The notes beneath the pieces are model-generated. The model was not told where the DNA came from. It saw only the letters and a program-made list of their open reading frames with translations, and did no database searches. The position numbers were made by a program, and so were the translations under genes. This document shows positions 10,308 through 20,003 of a stretch of 64,000 nucleotides of DNA, piece after piece. Origin of the DNA: Thermoproteota archaeon (GTDB taxonomy: Archaea > Korarchaeota > Korarchaeia > Korarchaeales > JAOZGB01). Positions within the stretch are counted from its first letter, which is position 1. The number at the start of each line of letters is the position of its first letter. Location of the stretch: NCBI GenBank assembly GCA_037917685.1, contig JAVCBU010000012.1, forward strand, positions 371,509 to 435,508. Reading direction: 5' to 3'.

Positions 10308-11294
10308 CTATGCTTCGATTATTCCCTTCTCCGTTATCAATACCTCTACTTCGCCTTCAGGTAGATATGGGCTTTTCATAAGCCTTATCACTCTAACCCC
10401 TTTCTTACCCTTTCTTATGTAGAGTCTCATTGTCACACCGTGACCAAGGATATGTCCACCCGCTGGTCTAGTCGGGTCTCCATAGAAAGTTGACGGGTCA
10501 GCTAACACTTGATTTGTTACAAGTACCGCGGCATTGTAAACAGTTGCAAGCTTTAGGAGCTTATGCATGTAAAGGTTGAGCTTCTGCTGCCTTACAGCAA
10601 GCGTTTCTCTCCCTACATATTCCCCCCTAAAATGGCTTATCAAAGAGTCTATTATTACTAATCCTATGTTTTTAGGTCTCATCAGCGCTTCAGCCTTTTC
10701 TGTTATCAGCATTTGATGGTCTGAAGTGAAAACTCTTGCATACCAGATCTTTTTCAGTGTTTCAATCGGGTCTAGGCCGAACGCCTCAGCTATTTGTGCT
10801 ATTCTCTCAGGCCTAAACGTGTGTTCGGTATCTATATAGAGAACCCCCTTTTCATACCCGCCTTTTTCTATCGGAAGCTGTGTTGTAACAGCAAGCTGGT
10901 GAGCGAGTTGTGTCTTCCCTGAACCATATGGGCCGTATATCTCTGTTATTGTTTGAGTTTCTATCCCTCCTCCAATAAGGGAATCCAAAGAGCGGACTCC
11001 CGTCGTTATCTTAACTATGTTTTTCCTTTTCAGGTAGTAGTCATAGGCTGTTTCTACTCCTATTTTCAATCTTTTCCTCGCGGAAGCTATTATCTTTGAA
11101 GCTGTTGTCTCGCTTACTCCTATGGATGCCGCTAGTTCAGCGGGAGACGCAACCGCTATAGATTCAAAGGTGGCATAACCCATAGAAGCGAGTTTTCCAG
11201 CTGTTTGAGGGCCCACTCCTTCAAGTTCTGTAAGATCAACCGTCGTAGGCTCAGTATCAGCCTCAAGATCCTCCACAGATTTTTTCCTGGGCAT
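10308..11294 (-). CDS. radA: DNA repair recombinase RadA
   Basis: N-terminal HhH, GPYGSGKTQ, YIDTEHTFRPERI, RQQKLN, GGHILGH. Confidence 0.95.
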   Translation of the reverse strand: MPRKKSVEDLEADTEPTTVDLTELEGVGPQTAGKLASMGYATFESIAVASPAELAASIGVSETTASKIIASARKRLKIGVETAYDYYLKRKNIVKITTGVRSLDSLIGGGIETQTITEIYGPYGSGKTQLAHQLAVTTQLPIEKGGYEKGVLYIDTEHTFRPERIAQIAEAFGLDPIETLKKIWYARVFTSDHQMLITEKAEALMRPKNIGLVIIDSLISHFRGEYVGRETLAVRQQKLNLYMHKLLKLATVYNAAVLVTNQVLADPSTFYGDPTRPAGGHILGHGVTMRLYIRKGKKGVRVIRLMKSPYLPEGEVEVLITEKGIIEA

Positions 11295-11334
11295 AAACTC
11301 ACTATAATATTAGGCCAGTATAGAGTTATTTAAT

Positions 11335-12621
11335 TTACCTGTTGTAATACATGCGATACATACGAGGCTTTGAAGACGTTTTAATGCCATACTCTTCCGC
11401 CCGATCAGCCGCATCTAGGACTAAGGGCATGATGTCTAATCCTCTAATGAATCCTAACCCACCCATGATTGCAGATACCTCATCAAAGCTTTTAACTTCG
11501 TCAACCCTGACTCCCCCGTGGAAGAGTATTGGAACAGGATCTCCAGTATGCATTCCAGTGATGCATGACGTCGAATGGTCGCCGGTTAGCACGATTAATA
11601 CGTCATCAGAACTAATATTATTTATGATTTCTATCCCCCGATCTATTTTTTCAATTAATTCTACTTTTAATAGTGGTTTCATATCGTGAGAGGCTATGTC
11701 TGTGGCCTTGATATGAACAAATACAAAATCGTATTCTCTGACAATCCTCGCAGCATACTTAAATTTAGAGTTGAAGTTACTGTTCACCCTACCAGTTGCT
11801 CCTGGTACATTCACAATATCCATCCCCAACGCTGCCGCTACACCTTTGTAGAGAGGCCCCCCAGCTATGCAGGCCGCTTTGAAACCCCATCTCTCATGAA
11901 AACTTTCGAGAGAAGGTTTTACTCCTGCGCCACGGATAATAATGATGTTAGCAGGGGGTTTCCCTTTTATAATTCTATTTTTATTTACCTCAGATTTGTG
12001 TAGCACATCTTTGACATGTTTCAGATATTTATTAATGGCCTCTGCTGTTCTAATGGCATTCTCAGGGTTAGAAGCAGCCTCAAGAGGTTTACATTTTAAA
12101 GGTGGAACGCCTGTAACGTGAGGGTCAGTGTCGGTGATCTCAGATGATACTTTCGATCCGGAAACTAGAAGAATACCCCTGTGATCTAATGTATTTATCA
12201 ATTTAAATTTGAAACCGTCTATGGTCCCTATTTTCATGTTTACTTCGTCAGCAAGCTGTGAAGCGTACTCACTTTCTATTCTACCAGCTCTTCTATCAAT
12301 TATAACATCTCCAGATAATGTTGCGAAGTTGACTCTAAATGCGATTGTCCCCTCTTCGATTTTTATCCCATACCCTAGAGCTTCTAAACTACCTCGGCCG
12401 GGGTTTTCGATGTTTGGATCATATCCGAAATATGATAAATGAGCGCTGTCACTACCTGGTGGGACCCCAGGTGAGATTGGATGCACTAATCCAACAGAAC
12501 CTTCTGAGGCTAGCATGTCAATATTAGGCTTAAGAGCTGTTTGAAGTGGGGTTTTATAACCAAGATCAGTGATGGGTCTGTCCCCAAGACCATCAAGGAT
12601 TATAAAGATTACTCTTCTCAA
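11335..12621 (-). CDS. apgM: BPG-independent phosphoglycerate mutase, archaeal type
   Basis: LDGLGDRP, PGSDSAH, DRRAGRI, TGDHST, HTGDPVP. Confidence 0.92.
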   Translation of the reverse strand: MRRVIFIILDGLGDRPITDLGYKTPLQTALKPNIDMLASEGSVGLVHPISPGVPPGSDSAHLSYFGYDPNIENPGRGSLEALGYGIKIEEGTIAFRVNFATLSGDVIIDRRAGRIESEYASQLADEVNMKIGTIDGFKFKLINTLDHRGILLVSGSKVSSEITDTDPHVTGVPPLKCKPLEAASNPENAIRTAEAINKYLKHVKDVLHKSEVNKNRIIKGKPPANIIIIRGAGVKPSLESFHERWGFKAACIAGGPLYKGVAAALGMDIVNVPGATGRVNSNFNSKFKYAARIVREYDFVFVHIKATDIASHDMKPLLKVELIEKIDRGIEIINNISSDDVLIVLTGDHSTSCITGMHTGDPVPILFHGGVRVDEVKSFDEVSAIMGGLGFIRGLDIMPLVLDAADRAEEYGIKTSSKPRMYRMYYNR

Positions 12622-12631
12622 TTTAGAGACC

Positions 12632-14662
12632 TTACGGTGTCTTTATAACTTCGAAGATTGCTACCCTAGGGGCTGTCTGCCCTGTCAAATTGCCTGGAAA
12701 TACTAGCCTGAAGTATTTAAGAACATGATAATTATAGCCAGCTTCAATCCCCATCTTAAACAGTGTAACGTTGAGAGCGGTCATGTAGTTAAGCGTAATT
12801 TGGAAATCCCTCACTTGGAAGTACCTCCTAAAGTCATACTGGTAGAATTGCCGAACCGTCTTGGGGGAGTAGGGATTATATGTAAATTTCTTAGCTATCC
12901 ATCCAATTGCAACCCACTTGCCATCTCCGCTGAAAAGCTGGCCGGAGTTTCCTGCGAGTTCTCCTAATAAGTCGACCACCACATAGCTTATGTTGTATCT
13001 CATGCAGATATCGTAAGCTTCCTCCTCACTACCCATAAACGCTGTTGCTATTACTCTTATCTGTGTGGAATTAATTGTAAGCCCGTCTGCCATTGTAACC
13101 CTCATAGACCCGTTAACTATCCAGTAGCCGTAATCCCACCATGACATTATTACATCGTTGTCATTAGCATTTTCCCTGAGCCATTTGAACGCAGCCTGCC
13201 ATTGAGGATCTAGTGGGTCACTATAGGCTAAGCTCGGAATCAAATGGTATGTTTGAACAGATGAACCGACGAGGCATGTCATAACAAGTAGGGCTAACAG
13301 CAGTGGACTTATCAGAAGGTCGTATCTTGTTTTCACTTTTCTTCTCTTCTTGGCACGGACTTGCTTGATTCTTTGAATGGTTTTTATTCTGTCCTTAAGT
13401 ATCTTATAGCTCTGTGACCATGTTATGCCAGATGCCACTGCCACAAAAGGTGCCGCTAGAGGGGGAAGCCTAGCCATAGACCACGCGAAGTATAATGAGG
13501 TTAAAGTTGCCAGTAGGACTAGTAAGGAAGGCTCGTCATCCCATTTTTTAGCAAAAAAGATTAAACCTACAAGCGCGATGGGAAGTAGGAAGTTGAAATC
13601 GAAAAACAGACGACCTGTAGAATGTTCCGCAACTGTGTAAACTACTGAACCTCTTTCAAACTCTGTGAAGGGGTTTACCACTCTAAGCAGTCTACCTCGT
13701 AGGGGTGTACCGAGGCCTAGGTAGGGGAAAAGCATTATTACTATAGATAGAAGGATAGAAAATAGACTTCTATACTTCACTTTCAGCTTTAAGCGAGGTA
13801 GAAGCTCATATATAACTGCTGAAAGTATCGCCCCGTAAGCTATGTAAGCTTCAAGGTCGTCGGGGAAGAATGTATAAGCAAGGTTTGGAAACCATAGTGT
13901 TCCCGCAATGGTATACAGCATGGTTATCGACAGTGAAAGTTCACTTTTCAGATCTATCCTCCCCAAGAGCCCTAGTAGTAACATAAACAGAGCATATCCA
14001 TCAAGCAGGAACCTAAAACCTTTCCACATCCCAGCTACATATATGGAAGCAAAGCCGGATAACATAGAATAAATTATCGTTTTATAGAGCTCTTCTGATC
14101 TGAAAGCTTTTATGAGTAAATACAAGGACAACAATATTCCAGGAATTGCGAATTGTTCATGTCTATAAAACGATGAAAATGTTCTTTCATAGTATGCCAG
14201 AACTGTAGCTAACCCAAAGGCTGCAAAAACCCCGGAGGATTCATCCCATACCTCTCTTCCTATTAAATATACAAGAGGTATCGCAAACGAGGAGAAAATG
14301 GCTGGGATGTATACACAGAAGTTATGGATCGAAAGTTCTGGCATAAAGATTTTAGAAAGCTTGTAAAGGTATGCCCCTACATAATAGTGCAAAACTGGCA
14401 AAACATAATTTGGATTATAACTCCAGGGATGCCAAGCATAAGGGTCTCTACTTGGTAAAGTTCCATTATTAACAACATACTCTGTCATTCGATAATGTAG
14501 TAAGGGATCATCACCAGGCAGATGCTCCCCATACCTTAAGGCAGGTAGGATTCTAATATACACAGATAGGGTAAACGCTCCTAGAACCAATAAGATAATT
14601 ACAAATCTCCTTATAAGTGGTTTCTGAAAGATCCCGGTTAGCGCCTCCAATCTTATCAGCAC
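12632..14662 (-). CDS. aglB: Oligosaccharyltransferase AglB (STT3)
   Basis: Multipass N-terminus with DDP..H, TVAEH, and WWDYG motif. Confidence 0.93.
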   Translation of the reverse strand: MLIRLEALTGIFQKPLIRRFVIILLVLGAFTLSVYIRILPALRYGEHLPGDDPLLHYRMTEYVVNNGTLPSRDPYAWHPWSYNPNYVLPVLHYYVGAYLYKLSKIFMPELSIHNFCVYIPAIFSSFAIPLVYLIGREVWDESSGVFAAFGLATVLAYYERTFSSFYRHEQFAIPGILLSLYLLIKAFRSEELYKTIIYSMLSGFASIYVAGMWKGFRFLLDGYALFMLLLGLLGRIDLKSELSLSITMLYTIAGTLWFPNLAYTFFPDDLEAYIAYGAILSAVIYELLPRLKLKVKYRSLFSILLSIVIMLFPYLGLGTPLRGRLLRVVNPFTEFERGSVVYTVAEHSTGRLFFDFNFLLPIALVGLIFFAKKWDDEPSLLVLLATLTSLYFAWSMARLPPLAAPFVAVASGITWSQSYKILKDRIKTIQRIKQVRAKKRRKVKTRYDLLISPLLLALLVMTCLVGSSVQTYHLIPSLAYSDPLDPQWQAAFKWLRENANDNDVIMSWWDYGYWIVNGSMRVTMADGLTINSTQIRVIATAFMGSEEEAYDICMRYNISYVVVDLLGELAGNSGQLFSGDGKWVAIGWIAKKFTYNPYSPKTVRQFYQYDFRRYFQVRDFQITLNYMTALNVTLFKMGIEAGYNYHVLKYFRLVFPGNLTGQTAPRVAIFEVIKTP

Positions 14663-14730
14663 TCAACTATAGAAAGCTATATCATATAAAGTTTGCATAT
14701 TCTCCTCCAAGACCATGCAAATAAATTGAT

Positions 14731-14850
14731 CTATAAATTAGCAGTTGAAGTAGCAACTTTGGTCTCATATAGTAAACTGCTGCTTACAAAATAGAACACA
14801 AAGATAATACCAAGCATTAAACTCGCAATTACGCGGCTCCTCTTATACAA
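14731..14850 (-). CDS. Putative 39-aa single-pass membrane peptide
   Basis: TTG...TAG ORF MYKRSRVIASLMLGIIFVFYFVSSSLLYETKVATSTANL in the gap upstream of aglB; below the ORF-track length cutoff. Confidence 0.4.
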   Translation of the reverse strand: MYKRSRVIASLMLGIIFVFYFVSSSLLYETKVATSTANL

Positions 14851-14896
14851 TATATCGAATTAAACGGTTAAATGTTTCCAAAAAGTAGAGGTAAAT

Positions 14897-16393
14897 GTGG
14901 ATCGGCGAAGAGTAGCACTAATCACCCTAATTCTACTCCTATTGCTTATTTCTCTCTATAAAGGTGAGAAATGTATAATAAATGCAAAAATTCGTATAGT
15001 GAACACAAAGCTTGAGAATCTCAGGTCACAGAGGGATTCTATTATGGAAGACATCCTATTTAGCTCAGATTCGGATTATGTCAGTAAGGCTATGTTTGAT
15101 TATTCAGAAATAGTAAGGGAAATTTGCAGACTAGAGGAAGAGTTGAGTAATCTTGAATACAGTTTAAATCCTGAAGAAGGGCGGAATAAACTCATTGAAG
15201 AAATGGAAAATCGAATCGAAGGTGAGCTTAAAGGTCATTTAAATGCTATTATCAAAAATTACCCTGATGTAGTGCCCTTCGACGATGAAAGAATAGCCTT
15301 AGTGCTCTATGATACCGAGGAAGGTAAAAGACTCTGTTATAACCCGGAGACTATTTTCTGGATGGGACAAGCAACGTACCTTGACTATATTGAAACAGGA
15401 GAGCCTTTTTATAGAGATTTTTTTATGAGAGTTTTGAACTGGTCTTTAAAACACGCTGTCTGGAGAGCATGTATGGAAGATCAGGATATCCACATGCCAT
15501 TGAGAATTTTACCCTCACCAGGGTGGTCCCAACCATTTGTCGATAGAAATGTAAGCTTTAGATATCTCATCCCCAACAGAGAGGCAAGAATACATGTTGA
15601 AAATATCTCAGGTAGGGGTAAACTTATCATCGAATATTCGGGTGGAGGTGGAAAATTGGATTTGGATTACGGATACGGGAAAACTAGAATTTCTATTCCA
15701 AAAAGTGCCAACGGAAAGATTGAAGTTGAACTTGCCATGTTTAAGCGTGAGTTAAAGTTAAAATACAAGGGGGGAACCATTCAGGTTGATAAAGTAAGCT
15801 TAAGAACAGAGTTTGAAACTTTTGTATTGGACGTCGGTAGAAATTCAAGACCGTATATTTCCCATGAGTATGGATTTCTCTTCCCCTACTCCGGAGTAGA
15901 ACCGCCTTGGATTTCAGCTATGGCCCAGGGAGTCTTGCTTGAAATATTATCCTATGGATATAACCTTACCGGATTAAAGATTTATTATGAGATAGGTATA
16001 AGACTGCTTCCGGTATTTGATGTCCCTTCATACATGGGTGGAGTCAGAGAAGTAGACTCTAACCATGAATGGTGGTATGCAGAATATCCTGGGTCGAAAA
16101 ACTACGTGCTAAATGGTTTTTTAACCAGCCTTAGAGGATTACACATGTTCTACAAAGTTACAGGTAGCATAGAATCATACATACTTTTTATGTATGGTTT
16201 GAATGAGGCCAAGAGACATCTTAACGAGTACGACACTGGCTCTTGGACGTTCTATGACGCTAAGGGAAACAGAGCTAATATTGGATACCACAGGTATCAC
16301 ATTAAACTCCTCAGATACCTGTTAGAGGTTACTGGAGACAAAGACATAGAGATTATCCTAAAGAGGTGGGAGTCATATCTTACAGGAGACTAG
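14897..16393 (+). CDS. Membrane-anchored D-glucuronyl C5-epimerase domain protein
   Basis: N-terminal TM plus coiled coil; WISAMAQG, WYAEYP, VLNGF, YH..HI..L motifs of the C5-epimerase C-terminal domain. Confidence 0.82.
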   Translation: MDRRRVALITLILLLLLISLYKGEKCIINAKIRIVNTKLENLRSQRDSIMEDILFSSDSDYVSKAMFDYSEIVREICRLEEELSNLEYSLNPEEGRNKLIEEMENRIEGELKGHLNAIIKNYPDVVPFDDERIALVLYDTEEGKRLCYNPETIFWMGQATYLDYIETGEPFYRDFFMRVLNWSLKHAVWRACMEDQDIHMPLRILPSPGWSQPFVDRNVSFRYLIPNREARIHVENISGRGKLIIEYSGGGGKLDLDYGYGKTRISIPKSANGKIEVELAMFKRELKLKYKGGTIQVDKVSLRTEFETFVLDVGRNSRPYISHEYGFLFPYSGVEPPWISAMAQGVLLEILSYGYNLTGLKIYYEIGIRLLPVFDVPSYMGGVREVDSNHEWWYAEYPGSKNYVLNGFLTSLRGLHMFYKVTGSIESYILFMYGLNEAKRHLNEYDTGSWTFYDAKGNRANIGYHRYHIKLLRYLLEVTGDKDIEIILKRWESYLTGD

Positions 16394-17706
16394 CCTGGCA
16401 CGACTTTAATGATTACAAATCCTCTCCTATCTCTAAACTCTATTAAACAGGGGTAAAACTTGAAATGGTCATAAACGTATTTAGGAGTAGTTTTTTCATA
16501 GCTGTCAATTATGATTATTGAGACATTCATCTCCTTTATATATCTATCAACTCTTTCCTCTTCGGGAAAGTAATAGGTTACCTTTCGGGAAAAGAAATGT
16601 ACCTGCCTGTAGGACTGAGCTAAGATTGTTGTATTGTCTACCGAATGAGTTCTTATCCACATTCCGGCGTCCTCAATTAGGGAAAAAGTCCAGTTATGAC
16701 TATACGTTAAACCTAACCCAGATTTACATTGGAACACCACACATATCAGAAATATACAGAATAACACTTTCTTGCTAAACTTTTTGATAGAATAAGAAGC
16801 CGCTATCAAAACAGATGCATGTGCTATTAACAAGTATCTGAGAGTTGGATGATACCACAATATATTTGCAATAACAGGGAGAAGGAACAGCAGAAAACTT
16901 CTTTGATTCCACCTACTTTTACATTCAGATCGCCAACCAGCGATCGATAGTAAGAAAATCGGTAAAGGTAAGTACATGTAGAATCTTAAGAGAACTACTC
17001 TCAGTGAATATTCTACATTTCCACCTATATACCTCACGAGATAAGCTGAGTGTGAGACTAGTGGAGTCCCATGGTTGGCCATTGACCAGTATATCCACGG
17101 GGAAATCAGTGCCACGGTTAAGCCGAGTTGAAATATGCACCGTTTAGGGTGGATGCCATCCTTCACACGTTCATATAGAAGTGGCAAGAGATATACAGCT
17201 GCGCTATACTTTGTAAGAAATGCAGCGGCGGCAGGTATAACGGAGAAAGTCCTTAATAGTCCACCGAGATCGTTTAGTATATACGTTAGAAGCGTCAAGA
17301 AAAGCAAGAGAGTGTCAGGTGTAGTTCTTGTGGCAACTTCCATATAGATGGGACTTAACCCTAAGAGAAGAACGGATAGTATAGCTATAGCAGGATTTGA
17401 CTCTTTACTAATAACATAGTATAATAATAGAAGAGTTAAAACAGCAAACAACGGGCTGACATATCGATAGCCATCCATTCCTAGTACCCCCATAAAAACA
17501 GCCATAGTTATGGGATATCCCGGGGGAACGTCTCCTGGCATGTTATTAAAGCTGTAACTTCCGTTTTTTATCAGTGAGTATGCAAGAGAGGCGTATAGAC
17601 CTCCATCGTAAATCAATCCTGAATAGCTTGCAAAATAAAAGTACAAGAAGGAAAATAGACATGATATTATATATGAATAAATCCTTCGCTGGTCCATTTT
17701 AATCAA
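16390..17706 (-). CDS. GT-C glycosyltransferase (ArnT/PMT, GT39/83-like)
   Basis: D...Y..LA, PPGYP, AFLTK, RYLL motifs with many TM helices. Confidence 0.78.
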   Translation of the reverse strand: MIKMDQRRIYSYIISCLFSFLYFYFASYSGLIYDGGLYASLAYSLIKNGSYSFNNMPGDVPPGYPITMAVFMGVLGMDGYRYVSPLFAVLTLLLLYYVISKESNPAIAILSVLLLGLSPIYMEVATRTTPDTLLLFLTLLTYILNDLGGLLRTFSVIPAAAAFLTKYSAAVYLLPLLYERVKDGIHPKRCIFQLGLTVALISPWIYWSMANHGTPLVSHSAYLVRYIGGNVEYSLRVVLLRFYMYLPLPIFLLSIAGWRSECKSRWNQRSFLLFLLPVIANILWYHPTLRYLLIAHASVLIAASYSIKKFSKKVLFCIFLICVVFQCKSGLGLTYSHNWTFSLIEDAGMWIRTHSVDNTTILAQSYRQVHFFSRKVTYYFPEEERVDRYIKEMNVSIIIIDSYEKTTPKYVYDHFKFYPCLIEFRDRRGFVIIKVVPG

Positions 17707-19079
17707 CTACGGACCTTTATAGATGCAAGTAAGATTGCTATAGAAACCGCGATATAGACATATACATTTAAGTCAAGCAACCCTGTTTCTACAGCTACGA
17801 TTGTATACGCCACAAGCGTCGAGTAAGGACCAAGCAGGGTTTTGCAGTTAGGTTTGATAGAAAGACCATAGCTTAGACCTATCACGAAGCCGTACATGAA
17901 AAGTACAATGACAGCACCTATAAGGCCGAAATCTACTATTAACGGACCATATAGTGTTGAGGTAATAGAAATATAGGGTGTCCCTCTTAATAGAAATGCC
18001 ACAATTCTCCGCGGTGCAATTTTTGGGCCAGGAAGAGATCTAAACATCGAGCTTAAGACAGCCCAGTGTAGGGATCCCTTTGTTAATCCTCCAATTCCAT
18101 ACTTTTCTATTAGAAGGTCAAGGTTAGAGCAGGTGACCGTATTTCTTATCAGTACTGTTTGAAGGGGAGAAAAAGCTACACCTATAAGCCAATATCTCAA
18201 CACGCTTATGCCAAGGTACAGGAGAATTGAAATTATGGCTGCTATCCCTATTTCAATGAAATTAATGAGTTCCAGGTAGTAAGCAACAACTAGATAGCCA
18301 ACAAGGAGTGCTACAACCTCTGTCCTATAAGCCAGAAGCATCACAACAATTACTGCTGGGATAAGGATTAACAATGAATTAAGCCTAGCTTTAGCCATTT
18401 CTTTGACGTCTCTCGACACTTTAAGGCTACTTATAGTGTATAGACTCCCAGGAACTATGGACCATGACAACATTGTATATAGGGGTAGGAGCCTTCTTCT
18501 GACATCCTCGCTAAATAGCGGGACGCCTCCCGCGATCCTGATCTGATATATAAATGCTACATATCCTATAAAAAGCATCACTAAGCCTATTTTAAACACT
18601 ATTTTAGGTTTGACGTTTACTGCCACGCTGTTTGAGTCCTTATATCCAATTAATGCCCCTAATACGAAGCTTAACGAGCAACATGCAATTACTGTTAGAG
18701 TTCTAGCAGAAAAATGGGTTTTTGCAGACGAAAAAAATATTAGTATAGTCAACATAACGATAAGAGGACTCATGAAATGTTTTATCGTCCAGCTTCTCCA
18801 CTTAATTTCTGGAAGTAGATCTGTCCAAATCATGTATATTCTATGGTGGAGCCTTTCGAGGTAAGTATAGAGTGTTTTTATAAGTCTAAACGCAAGTGAC
18901 TCGTATACAAGAGTTTTCCAATCTGTTATGGTTCTCCCCGTTCGAATCTTTTTTCGAAGCTTTTCTACAAGAAAACTTTGGTATATCGAGTTTCTAACGA
19001 AGTTAAAGGATATATCAAGAGCTTTGTAGGATATGCTCATCGTAACTATTCTTTTTAGGTTTTGTATCATGTTGAACAC
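17703..19079 (-). CDS. Oligosaccharide repeat-unit polymerase (Wzy-like, archaeal)
   Basis: GGVPLF...RR, LAYRT, SITSTLYG....DFGLIG; about 10 TMs. Confidence 0.72.
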   Translation of the reverse strand: MFNMIQNLKRIVTMSISYKALDISFNFVRNSIYQSFLVEKLRKKIRTGRTITDWKTLVYESLAFRLIKTLYTYLERLHHRIYMIWTDLLPEIKWRSWTIKHFMSPLIVMLTILIFFSSAKTHFSARTLTVIACCSLSFVLGALIGYKDSNSVAVNVKPKIVFKIGLVMLFIGYVAFIYQIRIAGGVPLFSEDVRRRLLPLYTMLSWSIVPGSLYTISSLKVSRDVKEMAKARLNSLLILIPAVIVVMLLAYRTEVVALLVGYLVVAYYLELINFIEIGIAAIISILLYLGISVLRYWLIGVAFSPLQTVLIRNTVTCSNLDLLIEKYGIGGLTKGSLHWAVLSSMFRSLPGPKIAPRRIVAFLLRGTPYISITSTLYGPLIVDFGLIGAVIVLFMYGFVIGLSYGLSIKPNCKTLLGPYSTLVAYTIVAVETGLLDLNVYVYIAVSIAILLASIKVRS

Positions 19080-19081
19080 CT

Positions 19082-19954
19082 TTAGGGTGTTGGCTGTATC
19101 GTCAGATGGTCTTTATCTATTATTTTTGAAAGTTGAATTGCATTTCTCTGTATCTCTCTTGAAGCTCCTGGAGCGGATAACCCTTTCGTTGTTCCTATAT
19201 AAAGCTTTAACTCACCTGAGAGGACTCCTTGAACTTTTATTCTGAGTTCATCCATGATTTCGTCGATGACGTTAAGGCTGTCAATGCTCCATCCCGGCGG
19301 CTTAACGCTGATGGATATGTACCCGTCACCGACTGAAACGTAGAAATCGCTCATCGGTATCTTATTCTCAATCATGGACCATACTGCCAGTGTGTTTTTA
19401 GGCGAGGACTCGAGTTCTGGTGTATCAAGAATTATGAGACCTACGAATTTTATCGTTGAAACCCCGTATTCTCCTGCTATTATGCTGGACGCATTGTAAA
19501 TTTTAGAATACATATCTGAAAGAGAGGTGTAAGAAGCCGGGTACATGGTTACTCTTACAACAGAGGAGGATAAGGGTGTAAACTTAATGCTGGAGGCTGC
19601 TATGTTCTCAATATAAGCAGTGGATCCACCTACCGATATTAATACCCCATCTACTATTATATATAGCCTGTCTTGTTCGGCTTTCGCTACTATTCCTTCC
19701 ACTGTGACCTTACTGTTATTTAAGGTCCATTTTCCTTCTACCTCGGCTCTGACTATGAAACCTGCATTCGCTAGCCAACTATATTTGAGGCATGCTTTGC
19801 TTATGTCGTATCCGGAAAACGTGGTTGATGATGTGATTCTATAGTTTGAGTAAAAGTATAGTAGAGATCCTATTATAGCTATAACTAACAGTAGGTCGAA
19901 AAAATTGATGCCAGCTATTTTTCCTTGTTTCAAATCTACGACTTTCATCCTCAA
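19082..19954 (-). CDS. Hypothetical membrane-anchored protein (DUF4330-like N-terminus)
   Basis: GKIAGINFFDLLLV N-terminal anchor; co-oriented and abutting the polymerase gene. Confidence 0.55.
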   Translation of the reverse strand: MRMKVVDLKQGKIAGINFFDLLLVIAIIGSLLYFYSNYRITSSTTFSGYDISKACLKYSWLANAGFIVRAEVEGKWTLNNSKVTVEGIVAKAEQDRLYIIVDGVLISVGGSTAYIENIAASSIKFTPLSSSVVRVTMYPASYTSLSDMYSKIYNASSIIAGEYGVSTIKFVGLIILDTPELESSPKNTLAVWSMIENKIPMSDFYVSVGDGYISISVKPPGWSIDSLNVIDEIMDELRIKVQGVLSGELKLYIGTTKGLSAPGASREIQRNAIQLSKIIDKDHLTIQPTP

Positions 19955-20003
19955 TATTGTATACTGGATAAGATTAAAAACTAACAGCTTAACTATTTGA
20001 GGG

